Shown in pieces: positions 1-11,640 of a DNA stretch of 64,000 nt. The notes beneath the pieces were generated by a model. The model was given only the letters and a program-made list of their open reading frames with translations, did not search any database and had not been told where the DNA came from. Source of the stretch: Bacteroidota bacterium (GTDB taxonomy: Bacteria; Bacteroidota; Bacteroidia; Bacteroidales; CG2-30-32-10); NCBI GenBank assembly GCA_013377115.1, contig JACAAW010000001.1:17063-81062 (forward strand), given 5' to 3'. The translations under genes were made by a program, and so were the position numbers. How positions within the stretch are numbered: position 1 is the first letter of the stretch; every line of letters starts with the position of its first letter.

Positions 1-33
1 AAATCAGAATACCTTGTTCGAATAATTCATTTT

Positions 34-960
34 ATGAATTCATCAGAATCCTTACTTTCAGAAGAAATAAAGCAAAAAGCATTTGAAATTGGCTTTTCTG
101 CATGTGGTATTTCGAAAATTGAAAATCTGGATTCTGAAAGTGATTTTTTAGAGAATTGGATCAATAAAGGCTTTAACGCCGAAATGAATTATCTAAAAAA
201 CCATAAAGAAAAACGAAGAAACCCTGCATTATTATTAGAAAATTCTGTTTCGGTAATTTCATTATTAATCAGCTATTCAACTGATGAAAAACTTGACGAT
301 GCTTCTTTTTATAAAATTGCAAAATATGCTTATGGCAAAGATTACCATGAAGTAATTAAAGCCAAGCTTGAAAAACTCATGGTATTCATCAAAGAAAAAA
401 CCGGAACAAAAATAATTCGTGGTTTTGTTGATTCTGCTCCATTTTTCGAAAAACCCTGGGCTGCAAAAAGCGGTTTGGGATGGATTGGAAAAAACTCTTT
501 GCTAATCAATAAAGAATTGGGTTCTTATGTTTTTATTGGAGAAATAATTACAGATGTTCAACTAAAATATGATTTACCTTTCGAAAACTCGCTTTGTGGA
601 AATTGCAATAAATGCATTGAAGCTTGCCCAACCAACGCTATTAATGATAATTGCTCAATAAATGCATCAAAATGTATTGCTTATCATACCATAGAAAGCA
701 AATCTGATTTACCCGAAAATTTGAATTTTAATAATTATATCTACGGTTGTGACATATGCCAGGATGCTTGTCCATGGAACCAAAAACTTGCAAACACCAA
801 AGAAGATGCTTTTCATTTAAACCCAAAAATAAAAAAACTCACCAAATCTGATTGGGAGAATTTAACCGAAGCTGCTTTTAAAGAGATTTTTGCTGAAAGC
901 GCAATGAATAGAGTAAAATATCACCAGTTAATTAGAAATATCAATTTTGTGACTAAATAA
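34..960 (+). CDS. queG: tRNA epoxyqueuosine(34) reductase
   Basis: 308 aa. Two ferredoxin-type 4Fe-4S motifs (CGNCNKCIEACP and CDICQDACPWN) follow a DUF1730-like N-terminus, which is the QueG layout. tgt from the same pathway lies at 9.3 kb. Confidence 0.8.
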   Translation: MNSSESLLSEEIKQKAFEIGFSACGISKIENLDSESDFLENWINKGFNAEMNYLKNHKEKRRNPALLLENSVSVISLLISYSTDEKLDDASFYKIAKYAYGKDYHEVIKAKLEKLMVFIKEKTGTKIIRGFVDSAPFFEKPWAAKSGLGWIGKNSLLINKELGSYVFIGEIITDVQLKYDLPFENSLCGNCNKCIEACPTNAINDNCSINASKCIAYHTIESKSDLPENLNFNNYIYGCDICQDACPWNQKLANTKEDAFHLNPKIKKLTKSDWENLTEAAFKEIFAESAMNRVKYHQLIRNINFVTK

Positions 961-965
961 AATCT

Positions 966-1559
966 CTATTTGCAATTACAGCTTGTCGAAAAATAAATCT
1001 TTGTATAAGGCAAAAGTTGGGAAATTTCTTCTTGTCCCTTTTCGTTAATGCCAATTACACGCAAATCCAAAACTTTCAAGGTGTTTTTTAATTGAGAAAT
1101 TTCATCTGGAAAAACAGTCAGGTAATTTCCCCACATATCAAAATAGCTTAACTTTTGTAAATTCTTAATTTCTTTTGGGAGCTCTGTAATTTCGTTTTCA
1201 TTTATAATTAATGAATCCAAATTGGTTAATTCACAGAGTTCAACAGGGAAAACTGTAAGTTTATTTCTCGCTAAATTAAGAATTTTTATCTTGGTAAGTG
1301 ACTTTATTTCAGGAGGAATAATTTTGATTTTATTCTTTGCTAAATTTAATTCTTCTAAGTTTTTGAATTTGAAAATTTCCACCGGAAACTCTTCCAACTT
1401 TTTTTTATGTAAATCTAGAATTTTTACTCCATCAGGATTTGTTAAAGCATCTTCAATGGAATTATATTCTCCAGGCCTCAAATCCTCATTATTTTGAGCA
1501 AAAGAAATCAAACCCCAAAAAACAAAAAGAAATGAAAGAATAAATTTCATTTTCAGCAA
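966..1559 (-). CDS. small secreted leucine-rich-repeat protein
   Basis: 197 aa. Hydrophobic signal-like N-terminus, then tandem LxxLxLxxNxL repeats (LNLAKNKIKIIP, LNLARNKLTVFP, LIINENEITELP). Confidence 0.7.
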   Translation of the reverse strand: MLKMKFILSFLFVFWGLISFAQNNEDLRPGEYNSIEDALTNPDGVKILDLHKKKLEEFPVEIFKFKNLEELNLAKNKIKIIPPEIKSLTKIKILNLARNKLTVFPVELCELTNLDSLIINENEITELPKEIKNLQKLSYFDMWGNYLTVFPDEISQLKNTLKVLDLRVIGINEKGQEEISQLLPYTKIYFSTSCNCK

Positions 1560-1615
1560 GATTAATTATTCAAAATTGATAAGCAAATTTAATCTTTTTA
1601 AAGTTCAATACAAGA

Positions 1616-2542
1616 TTATGATAAAATATCTATCGCTTTTCTTTGATCTTGGGATAATTGAAGTTTCAATTCTTCTAAACCATTGAATTTTTGCTCATCT
1701 CTAATCCTATCAATTAACGAAATTGAAATAACTTCATTGTAAATATCGGCATCGAAATCAAAAATATTCACTTCGATTGAAATACCAGTTAAATTCAAAG
1801 TTGGTCTGGTGCCGATATTTAACATTCCTTTATAAATTTTCTTATTCCATTCCACTAAAACAGCATAAACTCCATTGCCAGGAATCAATTTATATTTATT
1901 GTTGATGCTTAAATTTGCGGTCGGATATCCAATAGTTCTTCCGAGTCTATTTCCTTCAATAACGGTTCCTTTAATTGAATAATTGTATCCTAAATAACAA
2001 TTCGCAAGTTTGATATTTCCAATTTCGAGAGCTTTCCTAACTTTTGTTGAGCTCACAGCAATTTCGGAAATGTTTTTTGCGGGAATTTCCTCTACCTCAA
2101 AGTTGTATAATTTTCCCAAATCCGCAAGATTATGAGAATTTCCTTCCTGATTATTTCCAAATCGATGGTCATAACCAATGATAAATTTTTTAGTTTTTAT
2201 TTTATCAACTAAATATTGCTTGACAAATTCGGCAGCCGACAATTTTGAAAACTCTTTTGTAAAAGGAATTTCAATAACATAATCAATTCCAAGGATTTCG
2301 AGAATTTGAAATTTTTCTTCTTGAGTTGAAATTAATTTTAAATCGGATTGTTCGGGAAAAAGAACAATTCTTGGGTGAGGGAAAAAAGTAATTAATACAG
2401 AAGTTCCTCCACATTCTTTCGCATTTTGAATCAGGTTTTTTATTACTTCCTGATGTCCAATATGAATTCCATCAAAAAAACCCATGGTAACAATGGGAAA
2501 TTTGTCATTTATCTGAAAAGAATTATCGTAAAAAATAGTCAC
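1616..2542 (-). CDS. ribF: bifunctional riboflavin kinase / FAD synthetase
   Basis: 308 aa. N-terminal nucleotidyltransferase motif GFFDGIHIGHQ and C-terminal riboflavin-kinase motif GYPTANL. Confidence 0.9.
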   Translation of the reverse strand: MTIFYDNSFQINDKFPIVTMGFFDGIHIGHQEVIKNLIQNAKECGGTSVLITFFPHPRIVLFPEQSDLKLISTQEEKFQILEILGIDYVIEIPFTKEFSKLSAAEFVKQYLVDKIKTKKFIIGYDHRFGNNQEGNSHNLADLGKLYNFEVEEIPAKNISEIAVSSTKVRKALEIGNIKLANCYLGYNYSIKGTVIEGNRLGRTIGYPTANLSINNKYKLIPGNGVYAVLVEWNKKIYKGMLNIGTRPTLNLTGISIEVNIFDFDADIYNEVISISLIDRIRDEQKFNGLEELKLQLSQDQRKAIDILS

Positions 2543-2676
2543 TATAGCTTTGCTTTCTATTAATTTATAACGGTTTAGAATTTTTTTTCAAAATTATAAA
2601 AATAATGTAGAATTAATCTTGGTAAATTTCATAAAAAATTATAATTTCGTTTTCTGAAAAAGTTAATAAGAAATAA

Positions 2677-4215
<1,539 letters not shown>

Positions 4216-4366
4216 CTTTGTCAGTGCATAATGTCTGACTGCTGCGTTACTCTTGTCTGAAAAACCAGTCATTTACCTGAGTAAATTTCTGATTTTAAGA
4301 CTTCTAAAGCCTTGCATTCAAACATTTTGAACAAACAAAATAATAACAACAAAAACAAAGACAAAA

Positions 4367-4603
4367 ATGTTTTTAGAAATAATAACTCCTGATTTAAAAT
4401 TATTCTCTGGCGAAGTTAGCTTGATTCAATTACCTGGAATTGATGGTTCTTTTGAGTTGCTTAATAATCACGCTCCAATTGTGAGTGTGCTTGCAAAAGG
4501 CAAAATAAAAATCATTGATTCCGAAAAAACCAAACAGTATTTTGATGTTAATGGTGGCGTAATTGAAATGCAAAATAACAAAGCCATTATTTTAGCTGAA
4601 TAA
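4367..4603 (+). CDS. atpC: F0F1 ATP synthase subunit epsilon (short form)
   Basis: 78 aa, next gene after atpD. Contains only the epsilon N-terminal beta-sandwich region (GVIEM.. ending), the short form typical of Bacteroidota. Confidence 0.75.
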   Translation: MFLEIITPDLKLFSGEVSLIQLPGIDGSFELLNNHAPIVSVLAKGKIKIIDSEKTKQYFDVNGGVIEMQNNKAIILAE

Positions 4604-4664
4604 TTTTTACTTAAGTACATATTGATTTTACTTGGAATTATTCAAGTAAACAAACTACAATAAT

Positions 4665-5561
4665 ATGTTACAATCCCATTTATATGATAAACTATTTTCT
4701 AAAAAATGGTTTATTTCATACAGTTTAATTATTCTTGGGTCATTTATTCTTGCGGCGGCTTTCGTTTTTTTTATCACGCCATATAAAATTATACCTGGCG
4801 GTGTTTTTGGGATTTCAATTGTAATTCATTATTTATTCGGAGCTCCTGTCGGAATTACAGCGCTAATCATTAATATTCCATTAACAATTATTGGGATAAA
4901 AATCCTCGGACCGAGGTTTGGGATTAAAACAGTTGTCGGCATGGTGCTTTCATCTGTTTTTATGGATTTGCTCACCTATTTTTGGGGAGAAAGACCTTTG
5001 GTTGTAAATGACGCCTTGTTATCTACAATTTTTGGAGGCGTTTTATCAGGTTTTGGATTGGGATTGATTTTTAAAGCAAAAGCAACCTCTGGAGGCTCTG
5101 ATATAATTGCTATGATAATTGCAAAATACACCAAACTACCAATTGGCCAATTGATGATTTATGTTGACTCTTGCATTGTTTTAATTGGTTTATTTGCTTT
5201 CGGCGACTGGAAAATCCCTTTGTATTCCTGGCTGGTAATTTTCCTTTGTGGAAAAGTGATTGATGTTGTTTTGCAAGGAGTGAGTTACGACAAAACTGTT
5301 TTTATTGTTTCCGATAAATACGAAGAAATTAGAAATGTAATTATTAATGATCTTGATAGAGGTGGCACAACCATAAAAGCAGAAGGAATGTATCAAGGCA
5401 ATCCCAAAAATGTGATTTTCACCAACGTAAACAGACGTGAACTGGCTATTTTACAATCTTATATTCACCAGATTGACCCCAATGCATTTATGACTGTAAT
5501 CAATGCCAACGAAGTAATTGGTAGTGGTTTTAAATCCTTGAAAGAGAAAGTGATTGAATAA
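4665..5561 (+). CDS. YitT-family membrane protein (DUF2179 C-terminal domain)
   Basis: 298 aa. Several TM helices followed by a soluble C-terminal domain (..GGTTIKAEGMY..), as in YitT/DUF2179 proteins. Confidence 0.65.
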   Translation: MLQSHLYDKLFSKKWFISYSLIILGSFILAAAFVFFITPYKIIPGGVFGISIVIHYLFGAPVGITALIINIPLTIIGIKILGPRFGIKTVVGMVLSSVFMDLLTYFWGERPLVVNDALLSTIFGGVLSGFGLGLIFKAKATSGGSDIIAMIIAKYTKLPIGQLMIYVDSCIVLIGLFAFGDWKIPLYSWLVIFLCGKVIDVVLQGVSYDKTVFIVSDKYEEIRNVIINDLDRGGTTIKAEGMYQGNPKNVIFTNVNRRELAILQSYIHQIDPNAFMTVINANEVIGSGFKSLKEKVIE

Positions 5562-5565
5562 AACG

Positions 5566-6645
5566 TTAATTCCTATCAATCGCATTCAAATCATTGAAGG
5601 CAATTTTTAGTCGGTCTACCAATGTTTTTTCGCCTTCGTAAAGCCATGCGCGTGGATCGTAATATTTTTTATTGGGTTTTTCGTCGCCATCAGGATTTCC
5701 TATTTGTCCTTGAAGATAGGCTTCGTTTTTCTTATAGAAATTCATTACACCTTGCCAGTAGGCCCATTGGGTATCGGTATCGATGTTCATTTTTACAACT
5801 CCATACGAAATTGCTTCTCTAATTTCTTCCTGGCTTGATCCAGAACCACCATGGAAAACAAAATTTACTGGATTCTCAATCGTATTGTATTTTTCTTGAA
5901 TAAACTTTTGAGAGTTAAGAAGGATTTTAGGTTCTAATCTAACGTTTCCAGGTTTGTATACACCATGAACATTACCAAAAGATGCTGCAATTGTAAAGTT
6001 TTTGCTGATTGCACTTAATTGCTCGTAAGCAAAAGATACATCTTCGGGTTGTGTATATAGTTTCGAATTGTCAATATCGCTATTATCAACTCCATCTTCT
6101 TCTCCACCAGTTACTCCAAGTTCAATTTCTAAAGTCATACCAATTTTGCTCATTCTTTCGAGATATCTTTTGCAGATTTCAATGTTTTCTGTTAAGGTTT
6201 CCTCGGAAAGATCTAACATATGTGAACTATAAAGCGGTTTTCCATTTTTTTGGAAATATTTTTCGCCAGCATCTAAAAGGCCATCAATCCATGGAAGCAA
6301 TTTTTTTGCTGCATGATCAGTATGCAAAATAACTGGAACACCATATAATTCAGCAATATTATGAACATGCTCTGCTCCAGAAATAGCTCCTCTTATTGCA
6401 GTCTTTTGATTTTCATTTGGCAAACTTTTTCCAGCATAAAACAATGCTCCACCATTAGAAAACTGAATAATAATTGGAGAATTTACTTCTCTAGCAGCGG
6501 CCATTACACCATTAACTGAATTGGTTCCAACAACATTAACTGCGGGGATTGCAAACTTATTAAGTTTTGCTATTCTAAAAATTTCTTGTAAATCGTTTCC
6601 ACTTGCAACACCTGCTGCGATATTTTGCATAACTTTTTGTGACAT
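5566..6645 (-). CDS. fba: class II fructose-1,6-bisphosphate aldolase
   Basis: 359 aa. From recall it is collinear with E. coli FbaA, including HTDH and GVVKMNIDTDTQWA segments. Confidence 0.92.
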   Translation of the reverse strand: MSQKVMQNIAAGVASGNDLQEIFRIAKLNKFAIPAVNVVGTNSVNGVMAAAREVNSPIIIQFSNGGALFYAGKSLPNENQKTAIRGAISGAEHVHNIAELYGVPVILHTDHAAKKLLPWIDGLLDAGEKYFQKNGKPLYSSHMLDLSEETLTENIEICKRYLERMSKIGMTLEIELGVTGGEEDGVDNSDIDNSKLYTQPEDVSFAYEQLSAISKNFTIAASFGNVHGVYKPGNVRLEPKILLNSQKFIQEKYNTIENPVNFVFHGGSGSSQEEIREAISYGVVKMNIDTDTQWAYWQGVMNFYKKNEAYLQGQIGNPDGDEKPNKKYYDPRAWLYEGEKTLVDRLKIAFNDLNAIDRN

Positions 6646-6702
6646 ATGTTATTTCGTTTTATTGTTTAATTCCCAAATATAAAATTTTTATTAAAATTTC
6701 TC

Positions 6703-7404
6703 TTAACTTTTTGTCATTAATTTAAATCCAATTCCATGAACATTCAATAACTCTACTGTAGGATCGCTTTTTAAATATTTCCTCAACTTCACAATGTAAA
6801 CATCCATACTTCGGGCATTAAAATAGCTGTCGTCCTGCCAAATTCTATTCAAGGCAATTGTTCGGTCGAGGACTTCGTTCATGTTTTCACACAAAAGTTT
6901 TAGTAATTCAGCCTCTTTTGAAGTAAGTTTTTGATCAATTCCTTCAAAAAGCAAAGTTTGATGAGGATAATCGAAAGTATATTTCCCAAGAACAAAAACA
7001 TTTAATTTTTTGTTTTCATCATCCTCAGGAACAGAACGCCTTAATATTGCTTTCATACGCAGCAATAACTCTTCCATATTAAATGGCTTGGTAATATAAT
7101 CATCAGCGCCAATATTTAAACCATCCAAAATATCTTCTTGCATTGCCTTTGCTGTAAGGAAAAGTAAAGGGATTTTTTTATCCGTTTTTCGAATTTCTTT
7201 TGCAAGAGTAAACCCATCCTTTATTGGCATCATTACATCAATAATACAAAAATCGAAATGCTCTTTTTTGTAAGTATTATGTGCCTCCTGACCATTAACA
7301 CATAAATTTACGCTAAATCCTTTAGCTTCCAAATAGGCTTTTAATATGGTTCCTAAATTTTTATCATCTTCTGCGAGCAGAATTTTTGTGTTTTTTGTTT
7401 CCAT
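6703..7404 (-). CDS. OmpR/PhoB-family response regulator
   Basis: 233 aa. Receiver domain (acidic pocket EDD, phospho-Asp context IIDVMMP, LTAK) plus a winged-helix C-terminus. Adjacent to the histidine kinase gene (4-nt gap). Confidence 0.9.
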   Translation of the reverse strand: METKNTKILLAEDDKNLGTILKAYLEAKGFSVNLCVNGQEAHNTYKKEHFDFCIIDVMMPIKDGFTLAKEIRKTDKKIPLLFLTAKAMQEDILDGLNIGADDYITKPFNMEELLLRMKAILRRSVPEDDENKKLNVFVLGKYTFDYPHQTLLFEGIDQKLTSKEAELLKLLCENMNEVLDRTIALNRIWQDDSYFNARSMDVYIVKLRKYLKSDPTVELLNVHGIGFKLMTKS

Positions 7405-7408
7405 GGGG

Positions 7409-9058
7409 TTAAAAATTAGTTTTTTCTAAAGGAATTGAAATAATAAACGTTGATCCATTTTTTAGTTCACTTTCAACATGAATGGTTCCTTTGTGTTTTT
7501 CAATTATTGCTTTTACATAACTGAGTCCAAGACCAAATCCTTTTACATTGTGAACATTTCCTGTTGAAACCCTATAAAGGTTTTCGAAAATTCTTTTTTG
7601 ATTTAATTTACTAATACCAATACCATTGTCGGTAATTCTGACAACAATATGGCCGTTTATATTTTCTGTTTCAATAATAATTTTGGGATTTTCAGGACTG
7701 TATTTATTTGCATTATCAAGCAAATTATAGAAAACATTTGAAATATGAACTTTATCAGCATGAACAAAATCATTATTTGCATTTAATTGAAGTATCAATT
7801 CTCCATTATTATTTTCTAATTGAAGGATGAAACTTTTTAGAACATCCTCAATTATTTGATGCAAATTTACCTCTTCCAATCTAAGTTTTAAATGTCCATG
7901 ATCTAAAAGAGCCGTTTGAAGCACTTTTTCTGCCAAGGTTTCTAAACGTTTATTCTCTTCGTTTATTACATTCAAATAGCTATTATAAAGAGCATCTGAC
8001 TTGACCATATCAGGATCATTTAGAGCCTGACAAGCCAATGAAATTGTTGAAATTGGAGTCTTAAATTCATGTGTCATATTATTAATAAAATCGTTTTTCA
8101 TTTCAGAAAGCTTCTTTTGCTTATAAATAGTAAAGATGGTGTATGAAAAAGAAAAAACAATAACCACAAGTAAAATTGCAGAAATAGAAAGCATCGACCA
8201 CATTTGTGTTAAAATGTACTGTTTTTGCTGGGGAAAATATAACATTAAAAATTGTGGTGGCATGAACAAATTGTTTGGAAATATAGACGCCATAAATCCA
8301 TTGTATTGAAGGTCGTGAGTATACCTTCCGGTCTTTTCAAAAATGAATTTATTCTGAATGGTACTATAAACTCCAAATTCATAATCTGTCCTAATTCCTT
8401 TATATTTCATTTCAACATTTATCAATGAATCAATAAAAAGAGGGTTTATCCTTTTTTCTGTTGGATCATAGTGCTCCAAATTCACCATATCCTCAAACAA
8501 ATCACTTACGATACTAGATTTTTTGAAAAAGACATCAATTTTATTATTTAAACTATCAATATGATCATGTTTCCGAATTGGCTGTGGATTTGTAATTTGA
8601 TTTAATTTATTGGAGTTCTTTTCAATTTGAATGGGAGCATTTTCATTATAGGAAACTGTTGATGAGTCAATTACAGAATCTGTACCTAGGGAATGAGTTT
8701 TAGAATATTCTATTTTTATTTTCCTAAAGGAATATTTAAATGCACTATCAGAAGGCTCTGTAAAAGACTCTGACATGTTTTCAACTTCTTTAAAAAACAT
8801 TCCATTGAGGGAATCTATAAAACTGAAAAAAGGCAGGGATTTGGATGATTGATTGATGTTATTTTTTAATTTTTTGGAAAGTTCAATTTTTTCAAGCTTC
8901 ACAACAACATTTGTCAAAGCTTCATTTACATCTTTATTAAAGTTTGCTTCACGAATTGCAATTGCATTTTCAATCCATGACAATTGAATCCCAACCAAGC
9001 CAACCAAAGCCATAGAGATGAGAACAATAATAATAATAATGGTTTTCTTATTTGTCAT
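7409..9058 (-). CDS. sensor histidine kinase
   Basis: 549 aa. Two TM segments bracket an extracytoplasmic region. H-box HEFKTPIS, N-box DNANKYS, G-boxes DNGIGI and GFGLGLS. Confidence 0.9.
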   Translation of the reverse strand: MTNKKTIIIIIVLISMALVGLVGIQLSWIENAIAIREANFNKDVNEALTNVVVKLEKIELSKKLKNNINQSSKSLPFFSFIDSLNGMFFKEVENMSESFTEPSDSAFKYSFRKIKIEYSKTHSLGTDSVIDSSTVSYNENAPIQIEKNSNKLNQITNPQPIRKHDHIDSLNNKIDVFFKKSSIVSDLFEDMVNLEHYDPTEKRINPLFIDSLINVEMKYKGIRTDYEFGVYSTIQNKFIFEKTGRYTHDLQYNGFMASIFPNNLFMPPQFLMLYFPQQKQYILTQMWSMLSISAILLVVIVFSFSYTIFTIYKQKKLSEMKNDFINNMTHEFKTPISTISLACQALNDPDMVKSDALYNSYLNVINEENKRLETLAEKVLQTALLDHGHLKLRLEEVNLHQIIEDVLKSFILQLENNNGELILQLNANNDFVHADKVHISNVFYNLLDNANKYSPENPKIIIETENINGHIVVRITDNGIGISKLNQKRIFENLYRVSTGNVHNVKGFGLGLSYVKAIIEKHKGTIHVESELKNGSTFIISIPLEKTNF

Positions 9059-9251
9059 TTAGAAGTAAATTATACAAATTTACGCAATCAATAGGGATAT
9101 ACACCTGACTCTTAACATCTTTTAACAATAGTTAACGAACGTTAACATTAGCTTTATTAATATTTGTCCTAATTTTACGGAAAGAGAAACTTAAAGGAGT
9201 AATTACCTTTTTTATTCTTTTTTTTGTGTTAATTTTTCATGGTTATTAGTT

Positions 9252-9284
9252 AAAAGAACTGCTTTCAATTGAAGGCAGTTTTTT
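9252..9284 (-). terminator. rho-independent terminator downstream of tgt
   Basis: 9-bp stem (actgctttc / gaaggcagt, one G-U pair) with a 4-nt loop at 9258-9279, directly after the tgt stop. A T-rich tract follows on the minus strand and a T7 run follows on the plus strand. Confidence 0.6.
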
Positions 9285-10415
9285 TTATAATCTATTAGAA
9301 AGCTTTGGCAATATTTCCTTTTTCCAAGAAGAAAAAGTTCCATCAATAATTCTTTTTCGAGCTTCCTTTACAAGCCATAAATAAAAACCTAAATTATGAA
9401 CAGAAGCAATCATCGCCCCCAATATTTCATTGGCAACAACCAAATGTCTTAAATAAGCTTTGGTGTAAGAGCTGTCGACAAATGTGTTATTTGCTGGATC
9501 AATTGCTGAGAAATCATTTTTCCACCTTTCATTTTTAATGTTAATAATTCCTTCACTTGTAAAAAGCATACCATTTCTTGCATTTCTGGTTGGCATCACA
9601 CAATCGAACATATCAACACCAGCTGCAATTCCTTCTAAAATATTTGCAGGAGTTCCCACGCCCATTAAATACCTTGGTTTATCGGCAGGCAGAATATCGC
9701 AAACGAGTTCTGTCATTTCATACATTATCTCTGCTGGCTCGCCTACAGATAAACCTCCAATTGCATTTCCTTCTCTATTCATCGAAGCAATGAATTCTGC
9801 AGATTTTATTCTAAGATCTTTATAAACACTGCCCTGAACAATTGGAAATAAGGTTTGAGAATGACCGTATTTTGGATCAGTTTCGTCAAATCGAGTGCAG
9901 CATCTTTGCAACCACTGATGCGTAATATCTAAAGATTTGCTGGCATAATTATACTCACAAGGGAAAGGAGTGCATTCATCAAAAGCCATTATAATATCAG
10001 CTCCAATAATGCGCTGAATGTCCATTACCCGTTCGGGTGTAAAATTATGTCGAGAACCATCGATATGCGATTGGAATACAACGCCGTCAACAGACATTTT
10101 TCTTTTATCTGCAAGCGAATAAACCTGGTAACCGCCACTATCAGTTAAAACTGGTTTATTCCAACCATTAAAACCATGAATTCCGCCAGCCATTTCTAAT
10201 GTTTCTAAACCTGGTCGCAAATACAAATGGTAGGTATTTCCAAGAATTATTTGCGCTTGAATATCATTCATCAATTCACGCTGATGAACGGCTTTTACGG
10301 TTCCAGCAGTTCCTACAGGCATGAATATTGGAGTCTCAATTTCGCCATGGTCTGTTAATATTTTACCGGCTCTTGCCTTGGACTCCTTATCTTTATTAAC
10401 TATATCAAATTTCAT
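9285..10415 (-). CDS. tgt: tRNA-guanine(34) transglycosylase
   Basis: The ORF track gives 417 aa starting at 10538. The conserved Tgt N-terminus (MKFDIV..ARAGKILTDHGEIETPIFMPVGT) begins at the internal ATG at 10415. Catalytic LTDSGGYQ is present. The shorter start removes the overlap with the divergent gene at 10495. Confidence 0.9.
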   Translation of the reverse strand: MKFDIVNKDKESKARAGKILTDHGEIETPIFMPVGTAGTVKAVHQRELMNDIQAQIILGNTYHLYLRPGLETLEMAGGIHGFNGWNKPVLTDSGGYQVYSLADKRKMSVDGVVFQSHIDGSRHNFTPERVMDIQRIIGADIIMAFDECTPFPCEYNYASKSLDITHQWLQRCCTRFDETDPKYGHSQTLFPIVQGSVYKDLRIKSAEFIASMNREGNAIGGLSVGEPAEIMYEMTELVCDILPADKPRYLMGVGTPANILEGIAAGVDMFDCVMPTRNARNGMLFTSEGIINIKNERWKNDFSAIDPANNTFVDSSYTKAYLRHLVVANEILGAMIASVHNLGFYLWLVKEARKRIIDGTFSSWKKEILPKLSNRL

Positions 10416-10494
10416 AAATTGTTTACAAATATTTTTCAAAGATAAATTATAATCCTGAAGAAACGATAAATTTGTATACACAAACCATGGAACG

Positions 10495-11640
10495 ATGTTG
10501 ATTGATTTATTTTTTGCAAATCCGTATTTTAATATCATATTTTCTGTTTTTGCATTTTTTACTCTTATCCTGCTTATTTACTATTGGATCGTATTTTCGA
10601 AACTTGCATTCTATAAAAAAAAACAAGTTCAAAATTCCTATCAACCAGTATCGGTAGTGATTTGTGCAAAAAATGAATATTACAATCTTAAAAGAAACCT
10701 TCCACTAGTTTTAGAACAAGATTATCCTGATTTTGAAGTAATTGTTGTGAATGATTGCTCAGATGATGATACCAATTACCTTTTAAAAGATCTTTCCGAA
10801 AAATATCCGAATTTAAAAGACGTTAGTATTACATCAAGTATTAATTTTTTTCTTGGAAAGAAATTTCCATTATCCGTTGGTATTAAATCTGCTAAGAATG
10901 AACTATTAATTCTCACGGATGCTGATTGTCGTCCAAAAAGCAATCAGTGGATTCAAGAAATTCAGAATAATTATAGCCCACAAACAGAAATTGTTTTAGG
11001 TTACGGTCAATACGAAACTCAAAAAGGTTTGCTCAATAAATTAATTCGATTTGATACGATTCAAATTGCCATGCAGTACTTTTCATTGGCCTTGATGAAT
11101 TTAACTTATATGGGAGTTGGAAGAAATCTTTCTTATAAAAAATCAGTTTTCTTTAAGAATAAAGGATTTACATCGCATTACCATATCAATTCTGGAGATG
11201 ATGATTTGTTTATTAAGCGCATTGCAAAAAAAGGAAATACATCAATAGAAATTTCTGAGAAAACGCATACGGTTTCAATTCCAAAGCAAAGTTTCAGCGC
11301 ATGGTTTAAGCAAAAAAAACGACATTTATCTACTTCTATATATTATAAAGCAAAGCATAAAATAATTTTAGGGCTTTATTCTTTTTCTTCATTTGTATTT
11401 TATTTATCTTTATTTTTGTTGATAGGGTTGTCGTATAAAAACCTATATACCTTAATTCTTATAGGATCTCTTTTCGTAATAAAAGTTTTAAGTCAACTGA
11501 TAATTTTTAAAAAATGCATGAATCGGTTAAATGAAAAAAAATTATTATTACTTTCGCCTATATTTGAATTTGTTTTGATTATCATAAATATGTTTTTAGG
11601 ATTTTCAAATTTTATCTTTAAAGAAAACAAATGGAAGTAA
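10495..11640 (+). CDS. family-2 glycosyltransferase, membrane-bound
   Basis: 381 aa. N-terminal TM helix, GT-A core with acidic motifs (VNDCSDDD, LTDADC) and C-terminal TM helices. Confidence 0.75.
   Translation: MLIDLFFANPYFNIIFSVFAFFTLILLIYYWIVFSKLAFYKKKQVQNSYQPVSVVICAKNEYYNLKRNLPLVLEQDYPDFEVIVVNDCSDDDTNYLLKDLSEKYPNLKDVSITSSINFFLGKKFPLSVGIKSAKNELLILTDADCRPKSNQWIQEIQNNYSPQTEIVLGYGQYETQKGLLNKLIRFDTIQIAMQYFSLALMNLTYMGVGRNLSYKKSVFFKNKGFTSHYHINSGDDDLFIKRIAKKGNTSIEISEKTHTVSIPKQSFSAWFKQKKRHLSTSIYYKAKHKIILGLYSFSSFVFYLSLFLLIGLSYKNLYTLILIGSLFVIKVLSQLIIFKKCMNRLNEKKLLLLSPIFEFVLIIINMFLGFSNFIFKENKWK

Noticed and set aside
4627-4650. Hairpin tttacttg-N8-caagtaaa after atpC as a terminator
   Set aside because: The 8-bp stem is AT-rich and no U-tract follows. 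It is plausible but too weak to list as a feature.
9484-9825. 113-aa and 71-aa plus-strand ORFs inside tgt
   Set aside because: They are antisense to a highly conserved gene and have no motifs, so they are shadow ORFs. The same reasoning applies to the other short ORFs nested antisense in atpD, fba, the MMPL gene, etfB, the molybdoenzyme, the thiolases, both synthetases and others (for example 1222-1497, 3119-3301, 6009-6332, 19167-19481, 28608-28868, 43827-44069).
10416-10538. 41-codon N-terminal extension of the tgt ORF
   Set aside because: The extension is not Tgt-like and would overlap the divergent glycosyltransferase start. The conserved N-terminus begins at the ATG at 10415.
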